From positions 576,001 through 640,000 of the forward strand of contig CAVQEQ010000001.1 in the NCBI GenBank assembly GCA_963711565.1: a DNA stretch of 64,000 bases. Reading direction: 5' to 3'. Both the position numbers and the translations under genes were made by a program. Origin of the DNA: an uncultured delta proteobacterium (GTDB taxonomy: Bacteria; Desulfobacterota; Binatia; Binatales; Binataceae). Below are positions 18,195 to 27,099 of this stretch, piece after piece (within the stretch, counting starts at the first letter, position 1; every line of letters starts with the position of its first letter). The notes beneath the pieces were generated by a model. It did no database searches. It was not told the DNA's origin and was given only the letters and a program-made list of their open reading frames with translations.

Positions 18195-18607
18195 CCCGGG
18201 CTCCTCTGATGCCAGCGATGATACACACTATAAGCCGCTCCTACGCAGATCAGTACGACAGGGGTGAGTGTCGAGAAAAGCACGAAGCCCAGGCGAGTCT
18301 CCAGGTCCGGAATCCACGACGTCAAAAGTTCAGAACATGAGAGGATGACGAGCGCTAACGCAATGGACATCGCAGTAACAAACGCTCCCCACTCATCCGG
18401 AAAATAAGAACGAAAGAAGGTGGGCAGAGCCGCAGAAAGTATGAGACCTGCCGTGTACTCCGCCTCGATGAGTCCCGTCAAAGTCGAAACCGTTAAGCCT
18501 ATCAACAGGCCCACAAGGCCGAGATAGAACTCGAGCCAAAGCGGAAAACGCCCCTTATGGTTCAGTTTGCGACTCAATGCACTCAAACTCCTTGGCCTGC
18601 GCCGCAA
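18191..18607 (-). CDS. Four-TM protein, putative immunity protein for the RHS C-terminal module
   Basis: Directly downstream of and overlapping the toxin-like ORF; hydrophobic; lower GC; start uncertain. Confidence 0.6.
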   Translation of the reverse strand: MRRRPRSLSALSRKLNHKGRFPLWLEFYLGLVGLLIGLTVSTLTGLIEAEYTAGLILSAALPTFFRSYFPDEWGAFVTAMSIALALVILSCSELLTSWIPDLETRLGFVLFSTLTPVVLICVGAAYSVYHRWHQRSPG

Positions 18608-19502
18608 TTTGACATTTGGCCAAAACGCTGACTGACGCAGTAGCAGTCATTGTCGCAACGCGGCCGCCGCATACGAGAAGGTCAGCTCCGTCTGTGAAAT
18701 ACGCGCCGATTCCGCATGCAAGCTCTGCAGCTCCTCCTAGCAAACCCACTTTCGCTTCTGCGTTCTTCGAGCAATCTGCCATGTCAACTATGTATTGCTG
18801 CTGGCAAGATAATTTGGGCTGTTCCTTCTGCAGCGGACGCGCATTGGGGCAGGGAGCAGGATCTCCGCAGAATTGCGGCTCGCCTGAAGACTCCATCGTT
18901 GGAATCTCACCGTCGGTGATACCCAAAATAACTGGATACAGCGGGTGGCGGCCGTGGAGCAACTGACGTGGAGTCGGAGGAGCGCTGTCGCCGCCGCCAA
19001 AAATCGCATCAAAGATGTCGAACAGACCAAACGCGGCAGTCACGATGATTCCTGGGATCGCCCCGGCGGCCCAAGCCGCAGCAAAGATCTTCGGCTCCAG
19101 CACTGCCAATATTCCGGTCAGTGCGAGATTAGAGGCACTCGAAGCGGCTGCAGCTATTCCGGCATCCCCCACGGCAGTTGGGACACCGCCGCTGCCCGAT
19201 GGCCGCGCGATCGCATTGCCCGCAGGGCCGCTGTTGCTGCCGCTGGTACTGGTGGCGCTGGTCTCGGACAACGAGCGGACCAGTTGCGGACTATAGAACT
19301 GTCCGCCGCCTGAATAGTAGTACGTCCCCGGATCGGTATATTCCTTCTCCATGCCTTGGTACAGGAACGGCCAATCGTTCGCCGTGCCGCTCACCGTCGG
19401 CGTTCCTGACGGATCGTAGGTGTACGTTGTCGCCGGCGGCGAGTCCACATTCGCGGCGTTCACCAGACCGAGCGTTGACCCGTCCGCGTCGAGCAGCGGC
19501 AC
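18555..19502 (-). CDS. Orphan RHS core fragment with variable Cys-rich C-terminal tip
   Basis: LDADGST, YTYDPSG, PFLYQGMEKE and YYY...QFYSPQLVRSLS match the RHS-associated core; begins abruptly 3 nt after the upstream stop. Confidence 0.75.
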   Translation of the reverse strand: MPLLDADGSTLGLVNAANVDSPPATTYTYDPSGTPTVSGTANDWPFLYQGMEKEYTDPGTYYYSGGGQFYSPQLVRSLSETSATSTSGSNSGPAGNAIARPSGSGGVPTAVGDAGIAAAASSASNLALTGILAVLEPKIFAAAWAAGAIPGIIVTAAFGLFDIFDAIFGGGDSAPPTPRQLLHGRHPLYPVILGITDGEIPTMESSGEPQFCGDPAPCPNARPLQKEQPKLSCQQQYIVDMADCSKNAEAKVGLLGGAAELACGIGAYFTDGADLLVCGGRVATMTATASVSVLAKCQIAAQAKEFECIESQTEP

Positions 19503-19505
19503 CGT

Positions 19506-19754
19506 TTACGGTTTTGGAGGTGGATCACTCTTAAGTTCATCCGGCACGATGTCTGGGTACATTCGGTACAGGTCATTCGAAAAATTTATCGTATCGACCA
19601 AACATTGGCCGATTAGGCCTAGATACTTATGCCTTTCCTCTGCCGATATGTTGCCTCGCGCAACGTTGTTACTCATATAATCCGAGATCGAGCCAAGGCT
19701 GGCACGGACTCCTGCCAAAAGCGAATCAATTCTTAGTGCAAAATCTCGTTTCAT
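19506..19754 (-). CDS. 82-aa helical protein, putative immunity protein
   Basis: Low GC; GAGG RBS; lies between the two toxin-like modules. Confidence 0.6.
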   Translation of the reverse strand: MKRDFALRIDSLLAGVRASLGSISDYMSNNVARGNISAEERHKYLGLIGQCLVDTINFSNDLYRMYPDIVPDELKSDPPPKP

Positions 19755-19817
19755 TTCGACCTGTTCCTCGTTTCACGAATTGCAAACATCTCATCACGAT
19801 CGGGTCATAGGCTCAAC

Positions 19818-20415
19818 TCAGAAGCCAGCAGCGAAGCCCAATGCTCTAGCTAAGCTCGGCAGTAAAGGTATGACGACCCACCAAGGCGATATCTTCGGTA
19901 CTTGAAAATTAGAAGAGCTGTCCGGAACTGTATTGTGGTTCCGTGGGAAATAGGGCCTCCATTCTGGATAATCACCCGTCCCCATACATTGATTGTAGCA
20001 CCTATAGAACCACATTGACTGATCGGGCGCTTTGTCTCTATTTATTCCCCGCTCCAGCGCCAAATCTGTGCATCGTGCCTGGCACCATTGTGCGTTTCCG
20101 GGACCGTCGCTGGTATTGTCGACAATTTGTTGGAGGGGTGCTGGATTGCACGGCGTCGATGGAGCCGTAGGTTCAGATTCGGTCGATGCCGAGGAGCTTT
20201 CGGTTGGGGTTTCGCTAGGCCGAATCTGCAAAATCTGGTCGTACAGCGGGTGGCGGCCATGGATCATCTGGCGCGGGATCTCCAGGCTACTGCCGCCGCC
20301 TCCGAATAAGTCGTCGAAAAGCTCATACAGACCAAACGTGGCTGCCGCTAAAGCAACATATTCAACAATCGTAGTGAGAGTCGTAGAATCGATATTGGTT
20401 GACTCGCTATTAGAG
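19818..20415 (-). pseudogene. Second orphan toxin C-terminal module (5'-truncated)
   Basis: Shares FGL...FD..FGGG.S....PRQ..HGRHPLY..IL.I...E.PT..SS with 18555..19502 and then diverges; no credible start. Confidence 0.7.
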
Positions 20416-20877
20416 CGCCGGATGCGTGCGCATAGAGCCTGGACCAACTGCCGCTCAGCTGCCACTCATACTCGGCTGTCTTGGCCGCGCCGTTCATGTC
20501 GATGCGATGCTTCATGGGCAGGCAGACATAGTTCTCTCCATACGCAAATCGAGCGATCCGTGCGACTGCTCGTTTGGGAACAATCTCGGCAATAAAAACC
20601 ACACCTCTGCGATCCTCACATCATGTTCTTTGCGGCGAACGTAGAATCGCAGGTTCACCTCATCAAAATCGGTATGAAAGGGAATAGGAACATATCCAAA
20701 GAGCTTTGTGCGGCAGAACCGGAAGCCCACCAGGCTGACGTATGTCCTTCCCTCAAATGAGTCCAGCACGGTCCCCGCCGGAACATGGGCGTCCAGGAGT
20801 TTCGCATCAACCTCGTGATTCAACATCACCAAGTCTAGCCACTCGGCGGAAAGGAAGACGCGTTTTCGCTGGCCCAT
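20416..20877 (-). pseudogene. DUF2071/YqjF family gene, frameshifted and 3'-truncated
   Basis: FLSAEW.DLVMLN, YVSLVGFRF, EVNLRFYVRR; continues in another frame (VFIAEIVPK...YGENY) after about 20605; cut off by the toxin module. Confidence 0.8.
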
Positions 20878-21015
20878 TTGTTCGACCGATGACTTCATCA
20901 CACAGACCGACGGGTCAGGGTGATCGCACGAGGTAGCGCGACAACGGAGCGCGATGCTAGCACAATCAGGAATAACTGGGTGCAGGGGTCATCCTGCCGC
21001 GTTGAAGTGGTAAGC

Positions 21016-21831
21016 GTGCAAACAAACGGTCAGCGACGATTCACGGTGGTCGAGCTGCCGGTATTTCCAATCGTAATGGAATCGTTGCTGATGCCGTTCC
21101 GCTATCTGCCCGAGCTGGCGAAATTCGGCTGGATTCCCTTCGCCGCGATTCTGGCGATCGATCTCATCTGCTATGCCCTCCTGCGCGAGGACGTTTCCAG
21201 GAGCGTGACCAGCAGTCTGATGACGCTCGCGCATTTCGTTCTGTTCACGCCGTTCTCCGTGGCATGGACGAAGCTCGCCGTCAGAGGCCCTCAAGCAGTC
21301 TCGAAGCATCCGCAGTTCTTCTACTCGCGCACGCAATGGTTTTATCTGCTGGCAGGCGCAGCGATGATGGTGGCGCTCCTGGTTCTCGTCGGCATTCCGT
21401 TCGTCGTCGTTCGTTACGGACAGCGAAACTTTGAGAGCCAGATCACACTGCTCGGAGAAACCGGTATGATGCTGGGAATCGGCCTTTACGTTATCGGATA
21501 CGTCCGCCTGGCTTTTGTCTTCCCCGCGATTGCGATCGGCAGGTACGCCGGCATCCGGGCTGCCTGGAGGCAAACGGCAGGAAATATCGAGCGCCTCGCG
21601 GCAATTATCGTGCTCACGCTCCTTCCCTACTGGATCGTCCGCCAGGCGTTCTCATGGTACATGGGCTATCACCCGCCCGGCGTCATCGAGGCGTTCCGCG
21701 GATGCATCGACATGCTGCTAATCGCGCTCGCGACGACCGCCCTCGCCGGCCCAGCCCTCGCCTACAAGTCGATAGTAATGGACCAGCCCCAGGCCGACCC
21801 CGCCGCCCAATCAATCACCGCCGCCCGCTAG
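21016..21831 (+). CDS. Multi-pass membrane protein (GPDPase membrane-domain-like)
   Basis: About six hydrophobic helices; RLAFVFPAIAI...IRAAWRQTAGN pattern; GTG start. Confidence 0.7.
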   Translation: MQTNGQRRFTVVELPVFPIVMESLLMPFRYLPELAKFGWIPFAAILAIDLICYALLREDVSRSVTSSLMTLAHFVLFTPFSVAWTKLAVRGPQAVSKHPQFFYSRTQWFYLLAGAAMMVALLVLVGIPFVVVRYGQRNFESQITLLGETGMMLGIGLYVIGYVRLAFVFPAIAIGRYAGIRAAWRQTAGNIERLAAIIVLTLLPYWIVRQAFSWYMGYHPPGVIEAFRGCIDMLLIALATTALAGPALAYKSIVMDQPQADPAAQSITAAR

Positions 21832-21873
21832 CGCCCTAGAGGAGACCTCTGCATAACTGCGCCGCGTATCTTC

Positions 21874-22011
21874 TCCTCTCCCAGGATGGGAGAGGATCGA
21901 AGGTGAGGGTCCTTATACAGCGCGCGATTTTTTTCGCGCGCGATTCAAGATTCTGCCTCTTATCTTTCATCCGGTTCCCCTCTCCTGAAGGGAGAGGTGT
22001 TAGGGGTGAGG
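21874..22011 (+). repeat. Two REP-like hairpins, family A variant (CCTCTCC-N-GGAGAGG...GGTGAGG)
   Basis: Located between convergent genes; TCCTCTCCCA-GGA-TGGGAGAGGA and CCTCTCC-TGAAG-GGAGAGG. Confidence 0.7.
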
Positions 22012-22047
22012 TTCCGCCCACGATTCTCAAAAACCGCCCACTACCCG

Positions 22048-24144
22048 TCACCCGCCATTCCATCCGCGGTCCCGCAATGCCTCGAGCGCGATTGCAAGAT
22101 TATTTTGTGTCTTCTTCCAGTCACTCGGTAACTTGTCTTTGGTCAATACGGTCAGCGCCTGATGATAGTTATCGACCGCCGCTTCCAGGTATTTGACTCC
22201 CGGCCCACGCATGCCGAGTCCTGACAAGGCGTCCCCAAGATCGCTCTTGGCTCGTGCCCATAGGATTGGATCGCGGTCGGGTCTGAAGACTTCGAGCGCC
22301 TCGTTGTAATTCTGAATCGCCTGCTCGAAGCACCAGGATTCATTGGTGCTCTCTCCCATCTCGTCCAACGCATTGCCGAGCCCGGCTTTCAACGTCGCCC
22401 ACGCGATCTGATCGCGCTCACGCGATTGCTCTTCGAGACTGGCCCGAAACGCCTTTACGGCTGCCTCCGGATAACGCGGGTTGGGCTGGACATCGTTCAA
22501 ACTCAGCAGTTCGTTGCCAAGGACGGCCTGCATAGCCGCCCAGCGATTCCGATCCCACTCGCGCGGAAATCCATCCAGTGTTTGCCTGCTGATCGCCACC
22601 GACTCCTTGAGATCTTCGACGTCCGAGCGAGCCTGGCCGCGTAACTCGAGAGCCTCTGCGAGTTGCGCTTGAGCGTCTGCCCAGAGCATCGGATCCGACT
22701 GCTTCGTGTAAACTTTTAGCGCCTCTCTGAAGGCCTCGATCGCATTATCGTAACCACCTGCGTTATCCTCGCGATCCGCCAGCCCGCAAAGCACAGATCC
22801 CAGCTGTGTCTGAGCCGCCGCCCAGCTCATCGGGTAGAACTTAACGTCGAAGCCTTTCACTGCGGCGCGACTATAGTCCGCCGCTTGATGCAGGCTCTCA
22901 GTTCCTGCTTCATGATTTGCAATTTGCTGGAACGTGCGTCCGAGCTGCAGTTGAACCGTCGCCGAATCGAGCGAATCGGAACGCCCCTGGTACACCCCCA
23001 ACGCATCCTTGTATGCGGCCACCGCCTCCTGCAAAGGCCCCACTTGAGCATTGAGAGCTGCGATTTGATTCAGCGCCGCGCCCAGGTTGAGCTGCGCCAT
23101 CGCCCACTCCAGCGGATTACGTTCTCGCGTCCAATCTTCCTGCGCTCGCCGAATGTAAGTGACCGCGCTATTCAACGAATCTTCCGACTTGAGTTCGACT
23201 CCCGAGATTCTGCTCGCAATACCGATCGCGAGATTCACGCGGGCGCGTGCGTCGGCCGTCCACGCACCGCTCTTTCGGGGATCGTCGGCGAGCGCGCGAA
23301 TCTCGCGAATTGTAGGTTCGAGCGCATCGCCAAATTTGAACATCCACTGGTGCATCGAGTCCGCGCTTTGCGTTGCTACGATCAGGCCGATCACCTTGCA
23401 TAGGTCGTCCGGCGGCAACTCCGGCAGCTTGAAGTCCGATGGAAGATACACTCCGCCAAATTGCGCATCGGATCCGAATTTCGTCTCGTAAAGCGGCCCA
23501 ACCGCTGGCGGCGATGCGCCGCCCACCCCGCCCCAGATCAATGCCTCCACCCGCACGTTCGTCACCGAGTTGAGCGCATCGAGATGCGCGAGACCCTGCG
23601 GACGGCCCGAAACCGCAATCGTGGAATTCAAAATGACCGGCGTGATGTGCAACCTCGGATCGATATTCGACAGCGCGTCGCGCAGGCGTGCTTCAAGCTG
23701 CTGGCCTTTGTCGCCTTCGAGATGCGCGATCGCAAAGACGACGCGGATGCGCCACTTTTCAACGTCTGGGTACGGAGCCGACGCCTCCGCGATGTCCGCC
23801 GGCGCTTCGCGCAGCACGTTCGGACCCCGCAGATAGATCGAGGTTTGCTGCAGGATCAGCAACGGCAGGCAAACAATCGCCGCGATACCGGCGCCTCGCC
23901 GCACCGCCTTATAGCGCAGCTTGACCCGCCCGATCTGGACGCGCGCCTTATGCCAAAACGTAAGGCCGCACACGATCGCGGCAACCGATCCCGGAATCGC
24001 AGTTACGATCACCAGGTCGACCACCACCCGCGACCGCGGCCAGACGGCCACAACAACCAGCACGATCACGCCGGCAACCGCAAGTGAATCAGCAAGATTC
24101 ACCCCCGGAAACCGCTCAAAAAAATCCCGCCGCAGACTCCTCAT
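22048..24144 (-). CDS. Membrane-anchored tetratricopeptide-like repeat protein
   Basis: Three N-terminal TMs; about eight repeats of P..WA..Q..LG..L...........A...Y..AL. Confidence 0.85.
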   Translation of the reverse strand: MRSLRRDFFERFPGVNLADSLAVAGVIVLVVVAVWPRSRVVVDLVIVTAIPGSVAAIVCGLTFWHKARVQIGRVKLRYKAVRRGAGIAAIVCLPLLILQQTSIYLRGPNVLREAPADIAEASAPYPDVEKWRIRVVFAIAHLEGDKGQQLEARLRDALSNIDPRLHITPVILNSTIAVSGRPQGLAHLDALNSVTNVRVEALIWGGVGGASPPAVGPLYETKFGSDAQFGGVYLPSDFKLPELPPDDLCKVIGLIVATQSADSMHQWMFKFGDALEPTIREIRALADDPRKSGAWTADARARVNLAIGIASRISGVELKSEDSLNSAVTYIRRAQEDWTRERNPLEWAMAQLNLGAALNQIAALNAQVGPLQEAVAAYKDALGVYQGRSDSLDSATVQLQLGRTFQQIANHEAGTESLHQAADYSRAAVKGFDVKFYPMSWAAAQTQLGSVLCGLADREDNAGGYDNAIEAFREALKVYTKQSDPMLWADAQAQLAEALELRGQARSDVEDLKESVAISRQTLDGFPREWDRNRWAAMQAVLGNELLSLNDVQPNPRYPEAAVKAFRASLEEQSRERDQIAWATLKAGLGNALDEMGESTNESWCFEQAIQNYNEALEVFRPDRDPILWARAKSDLGDALSGLGMRGPGVKYLEAAVDNYHQALTVLTKDKLPSDWKKTQNNLAIALEALRDRGWNGG

Positions 24145-24208
24145 TGTGCCTTAACGCCGGTGATATTAGCGCAATCGCCACGCCTAGCCACATCTCCAGC
24201 CCTTGCTT

Positions 24209-24306
24209 GAAGTGGCACCGGCTTCAGCCGGTGATTCTTTCGCAGCATCAGGGCAGGAAACAAAAAGTCACTGAGTGCAGAGCCTGTCCTGAGCGAAGCC
24301 GAAGGA
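24209..24306 (+). repeat. GTGG-type REP hairpin plus a CCTGTCCTGAGC-N-GCCGAAGG element
   Basis: 24209-24238 is identical to 17741-17770 except for one compensatory base pair. Confidence 0.65.
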
Positions 24307-24679
24307 GGTCACCCCTGCGTGACAATCGTTGTCATCCCTCTATGCCATAATAGCGACATGTCTGGTCTCCCATTCCCACCAACACACCTACCCCAGCGGC
24401 ATCTGCCTCCCGCCAATATGCGCTCACCATTCGCAGCAACTTTACTCTTTGTGATCCTCAGATCCGCGCTTTCTCCCAATGGGTTTCTTTCCTCACCAGT
24501 CGCCTGCACGGAAGAAAACGAAGAGAAAGAACAAATCACTTTTATTCTCAGTTCAGAACATTGTTTGTTTCTATCTCGGCACCTCGGAAAACAAAATCGC
24601 AAGAAAATCGCACCTCCTCCGATCTTAGTTTCAGGGAGACGCCGGGGCTTTCCGCCGCCTTGGCGCGAAGGAGGATGCG

Positions 24680-25867
24680 ATGATTCCGATCCTGGTTGTC
24701 TGCCTCGCCGTGTCCGGTTCGATCGTGATCGTAGCCTTCGCATGGACCAGGATTCGCGGCCTTCCTATCGCCCCCTCGATGCCACCCGGTCTGCGCAACG
24801 CGGCCCGCTTTGCCGGCGGCCCGTTTTCGATTTCGATCGCGATCCACCTCGCGATCCTGCTCACGCTCATCGTCACCGTGCATGAGAGCCGCGCGCGCGA
24901 CCTGCTGATCGTCACATGGGAGCCGGGTTCCCTTCGTTCGGTCGAAGAGGCTGAGCCACACGAGATTCCCGACGTGCCGATGCCGGAGTTCAACACCAGG
25001 ATACCCGACGACTCGCCCCAGCCCGTGGACGTAAACAAGGTGCTCGGCGCCAACTCCAGCGCAATCGCCGGAACCTCGTCCCTCAATGGAATCGATATCG
25101 GCCGCGACCTCGTCTCTTACTTGAATCTCCACCCAGGACCCGGCGGCGACGGTGGCGCGAGCTTTCCATGGTTCATCGACGAGCTGCGCCACAAGGGTCT
25201 CGACATCGTGCTGGTGATCGACGGCACCAAGTCGATGGACTTCGTGATGGCTGACGTGAAGGCGCGGATGACGCGGCTCGCGATACGAGTTCGCCAGCTC
25301 GTGCCGATCGCGCGCGTCGGCGTCGTCGTGTTCGGTGGCAAGGGCGAGCCCCTCGACATTCAGCCGCTGACTCTCTCGACCGTAAAACTGCAAACGTTCC
25401 TCGGCTCGATTCAGGCCAAGGGTGGCGGCGAGTGGCAGGAGAACACGCTCGGCGCGGTGCAGGCCGCCGTAAACAAGATGGATTGGAAGCCATACGCGCG
25501 CAAGGTGATCGTGTTGATCGGCGACTCCCCGCCCGAGCAGGAAGACTTCGCCCCTCTGCTCGCGCTGCTCCACGATTTCAGGCGCAACAACGGCACGCTG
25601 AGCGGCGTCGACGTCCAGGCTGAAGAGCATGAGCGCTACGAGCGAGCGTTCTGGATGAAGGTGCATGGCGTCGAGCCGACGCTGGCCGAAATCGGGCCGC
25701 TGCCCGAATTCGCCAGACAGGCCCAGGCCGCCTACAAGGTGCTGGCGGCCGCGGGCGGCGGCTCGGTCCGTAGCCTGAGCCACGACGCCGAGGTCAATCA
25801 GCAGGTGATGATCCTGGTATTCGGTGATAAGTGGCAGGACGAGGTCAGCCGGTTCGCGTCGAGGTAA
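24680..25867 (+). CDS. Membrane-anchored vWA domain protein, paralog of 16154..17545
   Basis: GAAGGAGG RBS; TM with SIAIH; LDIVLVIDGTKSM, AKGGGEW, MDWKPYA, IGDSPP. Confidence 0.85.
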   Translation: MIPILVVCLAVSGSIVIVAFAWTRIRGLPIAPSMPPGLRNAARFAGGPFSISIAIHLAILLTLIVTVHESRARDLLIVTWEPGSLRSVEEAEPHEIPDVPMPEFNTRIPDDSPQPVDVNKVLGANSSAIAGTSSLNGIDIGRDLVSYLNLHPGPGGDGGASFPWFIDELRHKGLDIVLVIDGTKSMDFVMADVKARMTRLAIRVRQLVPIARVGVVVFGGKGEPLDIQPLTLSTVKLQTFLGSIQAKGGGEWQENTLGAVQAAVNKMDWKPYARKVIVLIGDSPPEQEDFAPLLALLHDFRRNNGTLSGVDVQAEEHERYERAFWMKVHGVEPTLAEIGPLPEFARQAQAAYKVLAAAGGGSVRSLSHDAEVNQQVMILVFGDKWQDEVSRFASR

Positions 25868-26073
25868 CGGTGGCGCCTTGTGGCAAACAAATGACACAGC
25901 GATGCGATTCTGACGGCTCGCGACGCTCGCACGTCCAGCTCGTCTCGACGCTAACAACTCGATTCAGACCGATGATGCGTGCGACTGACCGCCGCAGCCG
26001 GTCGTTGGTCGAGTGGGGCATTGTTCGCCGACCGCTGAGTTATCGTGGCACGCAACTTGGTTTAATCAATCGC

Positions 26074-26454
26074 GTGAGCATCGAAACCACGAACGTTCCG
26101 GCGATCGACATGCACGCGATTACCCAGATCGCGGAAATCGATGGGGCGGGTGACCAATTCGTAGCCGAGATCATCAAGGTCTTTCTCGCCGACTTGGGCG
26201 AACGCGTGCGCGCAATCGGACTGCAAATGAGACAGAACGATCTCGTCGGAATTGCGGCGACGGCACATGCTATCAAGGGCGGCTGTGGTCATTTTGGCGC
26301 GTCGCACCTGGTTGAGCTATCTCAAGAACTTGAAGACCGGACGAAGCGCGACCCAACCGGCGACCTTCAGCCCGCGATCGATTCGATGGTCGCGGAAACG
26401 GAACGAGTCCGCGCCGCGCTGGAAGCTTATCAATCGGAACGTGAGCCGCGATGA
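26074..26454 (+). CDS. Stand-alone Hpt (histidine phosphotransfer) protein
   Basis: AHAIKGGCGHFGA...L...SQELE motif; GTG start inferred. Confidence 0.85.
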   Translation: MSIETTNVPAIDMHAITQIAEIDGAGDQFVAEIIKVFLADLGERVRAIGLQMRQNDLVGIAATAHAIKGGCGHFGASHLVELSQELEDRTKRDPTGDLQPAIDSMVAETERVRAALEAYQSEREPR

Positions 26455-26473
26455 GCGGCGCATCTGCGACCGA

Positions 26474-27055
26474 TCAGGCGGGCACGGCTTGCGGGGGCGT
26501 AGGTCCGCCGCTACTGCCGACGCTCAGCGCGAGCATCACCTCAGTCCATCCATCGAAGATCATATCGATGCCGATGAAGAGTCCGATGACCCACAGGCCT
26601 GAAACCGGCCACGAATCCATGATGCAGAATCCGAGGATCAGCGAAATTACGCCGTTCAGTATCAGCCATCCCCGGTGATGTATTGGAGTTGAGAAGGCTA
26701 CGATGATTCTGAAGGTGCCCGCGACGATCAGCAGCATCGCAATCATGAAGGTAAGCGTCACTGCCGCTAGCCCCGGATGCGAGACCATCAGAAGTCCTGT
26801 TACCGCGTACAGCAGCCCGCCCGCGAGATTGATGAAGAAGCCGCCCCACGCGCGTCGCGCAAAGCCGTGAACCACTTCAAAGATACCGGCGAAGATCAAT
26901 ATCCAGCCGAGCAGCATCACGGAAACCATCGTCATGATCTCGGCGCTGCCGATCGCGATGGTGCCGAAGATGATCAGCGCCACTCCCATGAACAGAAACC
27001 AGCCACGATGTGCCCTTACCTCTTCGATTCCTAACACCGGCCCAAGTAAAGCCAT
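26474..27055 (-). CDS. HdeD/DUF308 family membrane protein
   Basis: Six TMs; W.VSGLWVIGLFIGIDMIFDGW; GGAG RBS before MALLGP. Confidence 0.88.
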   Translation of the reverse strand: MALLGPVLGIEEVRAHRGWFLFMGVALIIFGTIAIGSAEIMTMVSVMLLGWILIFAGIFEVVHGFARRAWGGFFINLAGGLLYAVTGLLMVSHPGLAAVTLTFMIAMLLIVAGTFRIIVAFSTPIHHRGWLILNGVISLILGFCIMDSWPVSGLWVIGLFIGIDMIFDGWTEVMLALSVGSSGGPTPPQAVPA

Positions 27056-27099
27056 ACTGGTCTCTCCTTGATTACCTTGTTTGAGTGACAGTCTGCGGG

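Noticed and set aside
24309-24885. ORFs 24319..24885 (+) and 24309..24743 (-)
   Set aside because: Atypical composition and overlap with the real vWA gene; most likely intergenic/promoter DNA
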